Counted from the first letter of the stretch, positions 1 through 9,887 are shown. The stretch is 32,000 nucleotides of DNA from Paramicrosporidium saccamoebae KSL3 (GCA_002794465.1 MTSL01000178.1:84025-116024), one strand, 5' to 3'. Notes: a model not told the origin generated them from the letters alone. Numbers and translations are program-made.

Positions 1-65
1 GTTTGCAGCGTCTCGACCTTTTTGGTCAAAGAATTGTACACCTGGAACAGAGACGGAAATCGCAT
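1..65 (-). CDS. CARS: Cysteinyl-tRNA synthetase, N-terminal fragment running off the window edge (absent from ORF track)
   Basis: ATG at 65 reads MRFPSLFQVYNSLTKKVETLQ. YNSLT(K/R)K is the typical CysRS N-terminal motif. Only 21 codons are visible. Confidence 0.55.
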   Translation of the reverse strand, partial: MRFPSLFQVYNSLTKKVETLQ

Positions 66-99
66 TGGCCCCGCCGCTCTGCAGACAAAGAAATCATTT

Positions 100-1492
100 T
101 TATTCTACAACTAAATTGTAAGTTTCGGCAAGCGATTCTTCATCCTTTACAATCTGTTTCTCCAGCGGTACTGATGGAAAAACTAGGTCTCCACGCTCAG
201 GGATGGTAGCCGATGGCGCCGTAGTCTGGATCATTTCTTCTAACTCTTTTTCCAAGTCTTCGTCGCTAGAATCGAGCATTCCATTCGGCTGTCCAAGAGC
301 GGCAGAAATTTCTCCTTGTTGTATGAACGCTTCCTGAAGCAGTACTACGACATTGTCGACCTTTGAGACACTAAGATCATCTCTGGCGAGAATTTGTTTC
401 AGTGTTGATTCGCCAGTTTTGTAGGCTTCATATATCTGCACATCCGAATGGGCGTCCGCAATCTTGAGGAGAATCTCATGAATCGTAGATGATGCTTGTA
501 GTCTTTGATTCCTAGAGCTTTCGATAGTCTTAGATCTGCGCAGCTCGTGCAATGCCAACGAGCGATCATTCGTCTTTAGTGCTGCTATGGCAGCTTCCTT
601 TGAGTCCTTAATTTTCAAGGCAAGCATGTGGAGTTGATCATCAAGGGAGGTGATAATATTCTTTAACTTTACAATGTTCGCTTCTTCTGGAGTAATGATT
701 GGCGCTCTAGTTTCTCCAGGAAGTCTGATCTTTACAGCGCAATTTTCCAGGTTACTAGAGCTGGCCACAGCTATCATGTTCGTTTTTCTCATGTACTTTA
801 AGAGCAGTTCAAAGTCGCGCTTATCATTGATCTTGCTCCAGCCTGCCCTTGACCGAGACTCTTGTACAATACTACAAAACTCCTGGAACGATATTGCACG
901 AAGGAGCTGATCTTTCTTTTGCTCCCCATTAGCTCGGCTCACCAAATCGGCACACTCCTATACATTAATAGCAAATCTCGACTATACCTTTACAAGAACA
1001 TCCAGGATTAAAGGCCCACAATCAACAACCGTTTCAGGGACATCATTGTCTGCGGCATCAGTTCCAGAAACCCAGTGCCAACTCAAGGTCAGCGGTCCTG
1101 TAATGACAAGTTTCGCAAGTTTGCTGAGGAGAGAGGCCTCGCCTAGAGAGTCTCGATGTTCAGACTTTGCTAAACCTGTTTGCATGAGGTGATCCTATAA
1201 AGTTGATTTCATAGTCAGGGAAACATACCATCACATAGGCCACTCCAAGCGGTCTGTTGCCATTCCTGGAAAACAATTTGGCGACCAAAGAGGAGTCTGG
1301 AAGACGAAAAACACTGTTGTCGCAGAGACCAAGTCGAGTAGCGTTGAGCATATGTTCCTTCCAAAACAGTAACTTTGAGTCAAACGACTCGGGATTCACA
1401 CTCCTTGGTTGGGAGAATGAAGAGAACAAGCTCCGACTGCGTTGTTCATCCATCCATTCTGGCAGAGAGTTAAGGTATTCTTGAAGGTTCAT
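100..1492 (-). CDS. CHMP7: ESCRT-III-like CHMP7/Chm7 (N-terminal winged-helix region plus C-terminal Snf7 domain), 442 aa
   Basis: complement(join(100..957,988..1194,1229..1492)); introns of 34 and 30 nt. Motif LFSSFSQPRSVNPESFDSKLLFW and Snf7-like AIAALKTNDRSLALHELRRSK; acidic DEDLEKELEEM tail. Confidence 0.9.
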
Positions 1493-1572
1493 GGCCTGGG
1501 CGGCACGGGTTTGCCGCTGTGAGCTATTCGGTTCGGCTACCGCGGGCGACTTGGTCTGATACCGTGGGATAA

Positions 1573-2686
1573 ATGTCGATTCAAGCGTACACGGTGTGTG
1601 TCTCGGTGCCACCTATGGTTCGCATGGAGCTTTATAATTTATGGGTGAATGGGAACTCAGGTTGTTAACTATCAAAATTAGTGCTAATGTTCAGACAAAC
1701 AGGCATTGTCAACTTGGAAGAATATTTCCGAAGAGGATGCTACTCATGTAGAAATAGTTGTGGTCCAGAACCAATTCAGGCTCTACGAATCTTTAGAATC
1801 ACTACTGCGCAGACCAAAGTATTTTATGGGGCAGCGTTCGTATTTTCCATTCTCGGCTGCCCTCAAATTGTCTCTGATTGGAGGATACTTTGCTTTGGAT
1901 GAAGCCGTCGTCCGGGAATTAATAGGGAAGAAGCTCATCGGTAAAACCCGGCGTGACTTGGATGATATCAGCGAGCACACATTTGTACCTCTCGCCAGTT
2001 GCCGTCGGCAGTTTGATAATCTGTGCATCGTGCTACGTCGTATTGAAGGATCTCCAACCGATCTCTACCGGCTAATTCAACGCAAATTCTTACTCCCCGA
2101 ACCTTTAGTGAGGTCCTATGTGGGTGCCATATTCTTAAACCATCACCAAATTGATGTTAATCAACACGAATCGGTCCAAGAAATTCCGTTCGACGTCATT
2201 CTAGACTGTGCCCACGCTTTCATTGAGCACTGGTCAGTTGATCGCGTGTCACTGGCTTTTGACTCGGCAATAGCGCATGACGTTAGGGAACTGAAAGCCG
2301 CACTGGGTCATCATCAGTCGAGCTGGGCAGAGTGCCTACTTCTTGGATTATCCGACAATGATTTGCATACAAAGGTAGCGATGAGAAGTGTTCATATACA
2401 ACCTCTTGTAAAAAATATTTTGCAAATTGGAGGAGGCTTGGTGCAGAGCCGGGAGATCCGAGATCTTCTTGTAGATGTAATTGAAATGATAGCAGTTCCG
2501 CTGTTACGCAACTTTGGCGTCGACTCTAATGAAATCCCCCACTTTTTCAAGGGAGTCTCTTCTATGATTGACCTGGTGCCACAGCTGCAGCAAACAAATC
2601 CTCGTGCCAGAAAAAGCTTTCAGACCTACATCGAAGGCTTACAAAGATGCGCCTGCACAATGGTGTCTGATATAAATCCACAATAG
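1573..2686 (+). CDS. FIBP: FIBP (acidic FGF intracellular-binding protein) homolog, 359 aa
   Basis: join(1573..1660,1695..2686). Exon 1 MSIQAYTVCVSVPPMVRMELYNLWVNGNS aligns with the FIBP N-terminus (VYRLWLDGYS). YFALDEAVVRELIGKKL, RDLDDISEHT and SCRRQFDN are diagnostic FIBP motifs. Confidence 0.9.
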
Positions 2687-2694
2687 CAAGAGAA

Positions 2695-3000
2695 AAGTCT
2701 GTATGAGGTTAATAACACCGATCCTTTTAGCGTGCGAGAGTATCTCTCTATTATGCGGCGTCTTTATAGGCCACCATCCTTACTGTGACATAGAGGATCG
2801 ATTGCCGTATCCCGTGGAAATAGCTTTTTAGTTTGGGGAAGATATAAATGGGACAATCGATGAAAGATAGTGAGATCTTCAACATTTTAGGGTTACTAAG
2901 TTATTTGTGAGACTATAAATAGGCTGCTTGATTAGCAGCGAACGGGTTCCTGCGTGGCAAAGCCCCCCGCTGCGCGACGGTTTAACAAACCCTTTTATTA
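2695..3000 (-). ncRNA. Candidate telomerase RNA; boundaries approximate
   Basis: TAACCCTAA at 2895-2887 (minus strand), a hand-folded H-type pseudoknot just 3' of it, an A-rich CAAACUAAAAA strand and downstream stems, all in an unusually long 353-bp spacer. Not computationally validated. Confidence 0.3.
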
Positions 3001-3039
3001 AGCTCTCTGGGGTCTATTATAGACCAACTCTCGGTTTCG

Positions 3040-4076
3040 ATGAATGCTTCCCATGATGGAGTAGGTAAGCCAGATTCTACCTGGCCAATCCTTTGAACTT
3101 TAGGTGAATCTATTAAACAAAAGAAAAGAATGCTGCTCCTCTTGGTGGATGTGCGCCCTGAAACTTGGCTTCAACAAGGTAGCGAGGGCATAAGACATGC
3201 GTTGGAAGCAGTTGTTTTTCATGCAAATGCATATGTCGTTGGCTCTTCTTCAAATACTCTGCTCCTACGGCTGTTTGGAGCGTCCCAATGGTTTGGCTTG
3301 CACTATTACTAATTACTCGTAGTGTAGAAGTATTTTCGTCACTGTCACAGGGAACTTCATTGGTCTCTGGTTCCAAAATACAAGAGGCCATTCAGCGCAT
3401 CATTCTCGATGCATCTGGCGGCACGGAAGATACAGTTATCCCCCGCATCCTTTCACAGGCACTGTGCAGTAATCTTCTCGACTTTATTCACCCTTTAGCC
3501 ATTGCAAGCTACAGGCGGAGTCTATGCGAACCACTCCTTGAGAGTAAAATTCTTTTAATTTCTGCAAATGCGAATCTACCATCCCGCTATGTCCCTATGA
3601 TGAATGTGTGCTTCTCAGCCATCAAAATGGTACCCACCCTATACTTTTGAACTTATACACCAACAGAGAGTTAGCATTGATGTTCTCAACGTTTCTATGG
3701 GTTTGGCTGATAATGGTGTCAATGGATCGCTGCAGCAAATTTCTGCACTGACAGGAGGAATGTACTTGCAGTCTGCCTCCACAAACCAGCTCCTCCATGT
3801 GCTATCAGTATCATGTGAATATGGTACTTATCCCTAGCTCTTCTTTGGAATATCTCAGTCTTTAAGAGATTCAGTTAGACTCCCTCGTTCCTCGCACACC
3901 GACCTCCGGCCAACTTGTTTTTGTCATGGTTCTGTTATTGATGAGGGCTTTGTATGCTCCGTATGTTTATCTGGTATGCATCGCCCCGAGTATCCCGCTA
4001 ATTTTTAGTGTTTTGTAAATTCAGCCCTATCTGTGCCACATGTAAAGCTAAATTTGAGTTTCCTCGTGCGCGGTAG
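3040..4076 (+). CDS. TFB4: TFIIH subunit p34/Tfb4 (vWA domain plus C4 zinc finger), 287 aa
   Basis: join(3040..3064,3104..3290,3323..3629,3667..3807,3838..3973,4009..4076). Motifs YVPMMNVCFSA, ISALTGGMYL and [31 protein letters not shown]. Confidence 0.92.
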
Positions 4077-4200
4077 CTGCTTTAGGTAGTTAAATGACAT
4101 CTTGTTCTATAGAAACCGAATAGAAAATATTAAGAGGTACGGACCAATCAGACCTTTCGTCGTGTCAGTACACCTAGGACGGCACAGTTCCACCCGTTTA

Positions 4201-6747
4201 ATGGTGTATCGGTCTGCCATGTTGAGTGATTTGGTCCCCTTGAATTGGGCACCATGTCGTTTCTGGGCTTTTCTGGCCATGGCAGCGTTCTTTTCGTTGG
4301 CCTACGCCGGCATGCCGCGTGCCCCCCAAGGCTCGACCGTTATGGGAATCGACTTTGGTTCACAATATATCAAAATTTCTTTTGTCGCACCTGGTGGAGA
4401 TGACCCGCTTCCCATTATGCTGAATGATATGTCTGAGCGCAAAACCGTGAATGCGGTTGCATTCCGTAACGGCCAGCCATATATTGGGCCGCACGCCTTG
4501 AAGCCCATTTTGAATCAGCCCGAGCGCGGTTTTGTCTGGCTAAATGACATGCTTGGTCGTCGCTTTGAAGATGCGACTGTACAGTCACACATTGGTTTAA
4601 CAGTCGCAGACTTCCTGGAAGATGCGGAAACTGGATACGTTGCAGCTAAGACTGCCGCCGACGAAGTTGCTCCAGTCGAGTACCTCAGTGCCATGTTGAT
4701 TTCAAAGCTTGTTCAGCACACGGAAATGGATTCCAAGAAGCTTATTCGAGAAGCAGTCATTACGGTTCCCCCCTACTTTGGCCAAGCTCAGCGTCAAGCC
4801 ATCATTGACTCGGCCACGATTGCTGGCCTCCAAGTACTTTCGTTGACAAATGATCTGTCCGCTGCAGCATTATATTATGGCACTTTCTCCGCCTCAAAGA
4901 CACCCGAACCTCGCCATGCCATTATCATTGACTCTGGGGCAACACACACCTCTGCAGCGCTCGTTTATATTCAGCCCAACCATTCTGAGGATGGCAAGAA
5001 TGCTACTTTGGTCGAAGTTAAGCGTACCGTATCAGATTTGAAGCTAAATGGTCTTACTCTTGACAGGGCAGTTGCAAAGATCCTACAAGCCAAATTTTCT
5101 GAAGCACATGCGGGGATGGGAGTGCCATTAGGAAAGGCATACAATCGACTAATTGCAGAATCCGCCAAAGTTAAACACATCCTTAGTGTCAATACTGAAA
5201 TTAGTGTGACTATTGAGGAGCTCGTTGGAGAAAACCACTTGTCAACAAGGATTTCTCGATCAGAAATGGAATCCGAGTGCTTGTCTCTACGTACACGTGC
5301 ATCTGAACTCGTTGAAGCTCTGCTTGCTGAGTCCAAAATGGATATTGAAAATATCATGACTATCATCCCAATCGGGGGCAATTCCCGTGTTCCGTTTATC
5401 CAAGACGACTTGAAGAAAAAGTTTGGTAGCAAGGTTCAGTTTAGTTTGAATATGGACGAGACTACAGCAAAGGGTGCTGCTTGGTATGCTGCCTCTCTCG
5501 CTAGATTTAAAGTCAAGCCCACTCGTTTCCGGGATTCCTATCCGTTTGAAGTCTCTCTTTCTTATCAAAACAGCACTGCCTCTAGTAATCCGTCCGAGGT
5601 GAACAAGATTTCTATCTATCCGGCGCACAGCCTTGTTGACGGACACAAAGGTATTGCATTTAAGAATATGGATTCGATCAATTGCAACGTCACATCTGAT
5701 CAGCAGGGTGATCTATTTGAGGCCAGTATTGAAGGGCTAAATGCTGCCGTAGAATCATTCAAGGACCACGACATAACAGCGAGCAAGTTGAAATTCTGGG
5801 TGGACCTGAGCACTTCGGGAATTGTTCAGCTAAAAGACCAGCCTGTTGCGTTGATTGAGTACAAAGTCCAGCAGCCAAAGCCGCCTGTTGTTGCTCCAGC
5901 CGCCGCCAATGATACTGCTCCCGCTGAGGAACCAGCTGAAGTAGAGATGGAGACAGTGCAGAAGTCTGAACAAATTCCACTAAAATTTAGCGTGCGACCA
6001 TTGACACATCATCTTTCTTCTCAAGAAATTGAGAAATGGGCGCAACGGATTTTGGATATGAAGAATGCCGAGATGATCCTTGTGCGCCGTTCTGCTGCGC
6101 GTAATGAGCTTGAGGCTAACATGTACCGCTTGAAAGATTTACTATCCCAAGAAAGCTTTATCCTGGCCTCTCGTGAAGAGGAAAGAAGCCAGATCAACGA
6201 TAATATTATCAAAAGCAATGACATCCTTGAAGACGATGAAAAGAACCATAAAACTGAAGATTACGAAACCATGTTGGCGACACTTGTTGAACCTGAAGCG
6301 GCAATTGAGCGTCGATCGTCAGAGAATTCACGTCGGCCGTCTGTCATTTCAAAGCTCAAGCAGTTATTCTCAAAGGTGGAGAATTACATTTCCAAGCTGC
6401 GTATTGATTTTCCCGATCCCACTAGCCGCGCCCAGACCGATGAAGATTTAAGCAGCCTTGAGGAGAAATATCAGGGTGGACGTAAATGGCTAGAGGATAT
6501 GGAGGGCCGCCAGAATCAATTGGAACCAAACATGGACCCAGTAGTCCTGTGTTCTTCCCTGGAAGATCGCCATACCGAGTTGCTCCGTCTGTACACCGCC
6601 GTTTCCTCCAAGAAGCTCCCACCACCGCCTGTAACTACTACATCGGCGGAGGAGCAAAAATTGGAGACTCCCACAGGCGAAGATGTTCCTAAATCCACTG
6701 AAACTCCCGAGCCAACGACTAAGAAAGACGAGAACATGGAACTATGA
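4201..6747 (+). CDS. HYOU1: ER-lumen atypical Hsp70 / nucleotide exchange factor Grp170/HYOU1/Lhs1; intronless
   Basis: Hydrophobic signal-like N-terminus (FWAFLAMAAFFSLAYA), GIDFGSQYIK, AVITVPPYFGQAQRQA, GGNSRVPFIQ, NMDETTAKGA, C-terminal NMEL. The start could be 4201, 4219 or 4279. Confidence 0.88.
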   Translation: MVYRSAMLSDLVPLNWAPCRFWAFLAMAAFFSLAYAGMPRAPQGSTVMGIDFGSQYIKISFVAPGGDDPLPIMLNDMSERKTVNAVAFRNGQPYIGPHALKPILNQPERGFVWLNDMLGRRFEDATVQSHIGLTVADFLEDAETGYVAAKTAADEVAPVEYLSAMLISKLVQHTEMDSKKLIREAVITVPPYFGQAQRQAIIDSATIAGLQVLSLTNDLSAAALYYGTFSASKTPEPRHAIIIDSGATHTSAALVYIQPNHSEDGKNATLVEVKRTVSDLKLNGLTLDRAVAKILQAKFSEAHAGMGVPLGKAYNRLIAESAKVKHILSVNTEISVTIEELVGENHLSTRISRSEMESECLSLRTRASELVEALLAESKMDIENIMTIIPIGGNSRVPFIQDDLKKKFGSKVQFSLNMDETTAKGAAWYAASLARFKVKPTRFRDSYPFEVSLSYQNSTASSNPSEVNKISIYPAHSLVDGHKGIAFKNMDSINCNVTSDQQGDLFEASIEGLNAAVESFKDHDITASKLKFWVDLSTSGIVQLKDQPVALIEYKVQQPKPPVVAPAAANDTAPAEEPAEVEMETVQKSEQIPLKFSVRPLTHHLSSQEIEKWAQRILDMKNAEMILVRRSAARNELEANMYRLKDLLSQESFILASREEERSQINDNIIKSNDILEDDEKNHKTEDYETMLATLVEPEAAIERRSSENSRRPSVISKLKQLFSKVENYISKLRIDFPDPTSRAQTDEDLSSLEEKYQGGRKWLEDMEGRQNQLEPNMDPVVLCSSLEDRHTELLRLYTAVSSKKLPPPPVTTTSAEEQKLETPTGEDVPKSTETPEPTTKKDENMEL

Positions 6748-6837
6748 GGATTTATGAACAGTGTTGAATATAATTTGATCTTTGATAATAAACTACTTAA
6801 TGTAAATTGGAAGCAAAGGCCCCGCTAATGCACGAAA

Positions 6838-6908
6838 GTGCGTCTTTATCATTAAAGCATGTGGCGTTTTTATCAAGGTATTTAGTGCCTTTATCAAAGC
6901 ATGTGGTG
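6838..6908 (+). repeat. Short imperfect direct repeat containing three TTATCA (GATA-type) hexamers
   Basis: gtgcgtctttatcattaaagcatgtggcg (6838-6866) vs gtgcctttatcaaagcatgtggtg (6885-6908); TTATCA at 6846, 6870 and 6891. Confidence 0.7.
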
Positions 6909-7170
6909 ACCTTATAACCCCCTATCTTCGACATAACGGCTTGTCAGGTAATATGCAGACTGATCCACTGCACATAGCAAGCAGATACTGTCTAGCAGAC
7001 TGAGGTTGATAAGACCCTTTATTGGAATCACTGATCCTTAATTATGTTATCCCCCACAGACTACTCCATCAAAGCCCTTGGTTTATACAACCAGACGCTC
7101 ATATTTCGTGTGGGACTTTGCCGAAATCACATCAGTAGGTGAAATTAATTTAGCATAAATAATACGTTTC

Positions 7171-8038
7171 ATGGTCGTCTGTGAGGAAAACATCCAGAGA
7201 GGCCCTAGCTTTACTGTTGCTCCGTGTGATAATGTACAATAGTCAGCTTTACGTTTATTTTGCTAGCCTGTGAAATTTGCTCTTGAGAGGACGGATGTTT
7301 CGTCGAATGGGCCTTGTCGAGTTCGTATGCACCATGGAACCACCACACTAGCCTTTCGCTTTAATCATGGTGTGATGGTGGCGGTAGACTCTAGAGCAAC
7401 CGCTGGTTCATACATTGGTAACAATGGCCTGACTAGTGTTCATTTTGGTAGCATCGCAGACGGTAAAGAAGATTATTGAAATCAATCCCTATCTTCTTGG
7501 AACAATGGCAGGTGGTGCGGCAGACTGCTCCTACTGGGAACGCAATCTTGGACAGCACTGCCGTCTCTATGAATTGCGCAATAAGGAGCGCATTTCTGTG
7601 GCTGCAGCGTCTAAACTGTTGGCAAATATGGTCAATTCTTACAAAGGAATGGGTCTTTCCATGGGAACCATGGTTACTGGCTGGGATAAAACTGGTCCCC
7701 GTCTCTTCTACGTTGACAGTGACGGAAGCCGACTTGAGGGTGACATCTTTGCCGTTGGGTCCGGTTCAACTTATGCATACGGAGTACTGGACAGTGCATT
7801 CCGCCCCGATTTGACTGTGGAGGACGCCGCGGAGCTGGCCCGGCGCGCAATTCTTCAGGCAACCCATCGTGATGCAATGAGTGGTGGATTTGTAACTGGT
7901 ATTGTGTCTCTTTTGACCCAGTTATTAACTTTAGTTTATCATGTCACAGCAGATGGTTGGAAAGCATTGGAACGCACCGATGTGGGGCCTCTTTATTGGC
8001 AATACGAGGACGCCAAGCAATCTTCCATGATGACATAA
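7171..8038 (+). CDS. PRE2: 20S proteasome subunit beta5 (chymotrypsin-like), with propeptide, 254 aa
   Basis: join(7171..7233,7267..7417,7452..7898,7935..8038). HG/TTTLAF processing site, [57 protein letters not shown]. Start codon less certain. Confidence 0.95.
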
Positions 8039-8067
8039 ATTCATAAATTGGTAGTTCTATTGTTTAT

Positions 8068-9139
8068 TCAGTCGTGCCTCCATGTAACTGCCACTTGATC
8101 CGTTCGGTATCTTTGCGAACAAGTGGCTTTGCTGACATGGCAAGCCGCTTCCTGGTTGGACTTGAATTGCTCAAGACCTGCGTGGGCAATCATGATTCCA
8201 TTGTCAATACAAAATCGCTCATCGGTGGCATACAGCGTAGCACCACGTTGTTTAGCCATCTCTCCCATCATCTCTTGCAATTTGACGTTACCTAAACGAC
8301 TCAATTAGACCTAATACCAAGAGAAATACATCCGACACCGCCAACAATAAGAACCTCTGTTGAACTTACGTGGGCCATGGCTCTTTCCGTAATTTCGACA
8401 AGCATTGCAAAGACAGTTTCCTGCAAAGAGTAACACAGGTCTTCTGGTGTATGTTGAGTGGAGATTCCCTCAATAAAAGAGAGGATCCCAGAGAACGAAA
8501 CATCCATGCCCTTCACAGTATATGGCAAGTCAATGTAATTTGATCCAAGTTTTGCCAATTTTTCAATATTGTATCCCGGGCTTGGATCATTTGAGAGATT
8601 AAGGATGCGGGCAAAACGATCAAGACAATTTCCAACAGCAATATCAATGGTCTCACCAAATATCCGATACCTTTGGTGCGAGTAGGCAATCACTTGAGTG
8701 TTTCCTCCGCTCACATAGAGAATCACAGGATTCCGTGCATTGGTAATCAGCCGTCCCATTTCAATGTGCCCAATGCAGTGATTCACTGGGATCAGCGGCT
8801 TCTTCCACAGCAAAGACAGGGTTCGGGCAACAACAGCTACGGAAATGAGAGGAGGGGCCATTCCTGGTCCTACCAAGACATAATAAAGATTGCACCATGA
8901 ACCGTACCTCTGGTATAGCAAATACAGTCTATTTCTTCACTTGAGATACGTGCCTCCTCAAGGGCTTCCTTGATTAGTTTGATGATATATTCTCGGTGAT
9001 GACGGGCCGTCTCACCAGGTAGAAATCCCGTACCTGGTGGCGTTATATATGTATGCCTGATATTTGCAAGCACGCTAGAGTCCTGAATGATTCCAATTCC
9101 AAGCTTGTTAGCGCTGCCCTCTAGCCCAAGAGATATCAT
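8068..9139 (-). CDS. KAE1: KEOPS t6A synthase Kae1/OSGEP, 331 aa
   Basis: complement(join(8068..8291,8330..8869,8908..9139)). [50 protein letters not shown]. Confidence 0.97.
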
Positions 9140-9175
9140 TATCTGGTCAAGGTGACCCTAGTCGCAGAACTTGAA
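9140..9175. promoter_or_regulatory. 36-bp divergent spacer between KAE1 and PRE7 start codons; presumed bidirectional promoter/UTR region
   Basis: Both starts match family N-termini ([12 protein letters not shown]; MLSTSTHAQPVQHRFEPYADNGG). Regulatory function is inferred. Confidence 0.5.
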
Positions 9176-9887
9176 ATGTTATCCACTTCTACTCACGCGC
9201 AGCCTGTACAGCATCGTTTTGAGCCTTATGCTGACAACGGAGGGTAAATTACTGCTCTATTTTCATACCAATAGTTCTTCCTTGGCGATTGCTGGTCAGG
9301 ACTTTGTAATTGTCGCTGCCGACACCCGTCAGTCTGACGGCTACCTTATCAACTCGCGCAACGCTCCCAAATCGTTCCAGCTGACGGATAAGACTGTGGT
9401 TTGCGTCAATGGATACCATGCGGATGGTTTGCAGCTTACCAAAGACCTACACACACGTATCCGAATGTACAAGTATCAGCATGAAAAGGTTATGAGCACT
9501 CAATCTATTGCACAACTTACTTCAACCATTTTATATGGACACCGGTTTTTTCCATACTACACCTTTACGCTAATCGGCGGGCTGGATGAAGAAGGGCGCG
9601 GAGCAGTTTACAGTTTTGACCCGGTTGGCTCGTTTGAGAGGGAGGTATTTCGCGCCGGAGGCTCTGCAGCTGCCTTGATTCAGCCATTCCTGGACTCTCA
9701 AATTGGGCGAAAGAACCAGACCGCTCCATCCAACGACCCTATTACTCTGGAGTTTGCTCTGAAAATTGCAAAAGATGCCTTCACTTCTGCTGCAGAGCGT
9801 GACATTTATACTGGCGATGACGTGCAGATTTGGATAATTACCCAAGATGGCTGTCGCCAGGAATCCTTTCCACTTCGTCGCGACTAA
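9176..9887 (+). CDS. PRE7: 20S proteasome subunit beta6 (PSMB1/Pre7), 226 aa
   Basis: join(9176..9243,9275..9887). RFEPYADNGGSSLAIAGQDF, RFFPYY, YSFDPVGSFERE, AAERDIYTGD, FPLRRD. Confidence 0.96.

Noticed and set aside
2776-2784. GUAAGGA (U12 snRNA branch-pairing motif) on the minus strand
   Set aside because: It lacks the U12 5' UGCCUUAAA and a correctly placed Sm site.
2953-2961. CGTGGCAAA resembling the Rpn4/PACE element
   Set aside because: One mismatch, and it is not upstream of either proteasome gene.
4302-6737. Many antisense or alternate-frame ORFs of 60-150 aa over HYOU1, and likewise over DOP1, synaptojanin and NAA25
   Set aside because: They have no recognisable motifs and are fully explained as shadows of long coding sequences.
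6945-6973. ATATTACCTG (minus) and CCACTGCAC (plus) resembling the U1 5' end and U1A loop
   Set aside because: They lie on opposite strands, each is mismatched, and no GAUCAC 70K loop is present.
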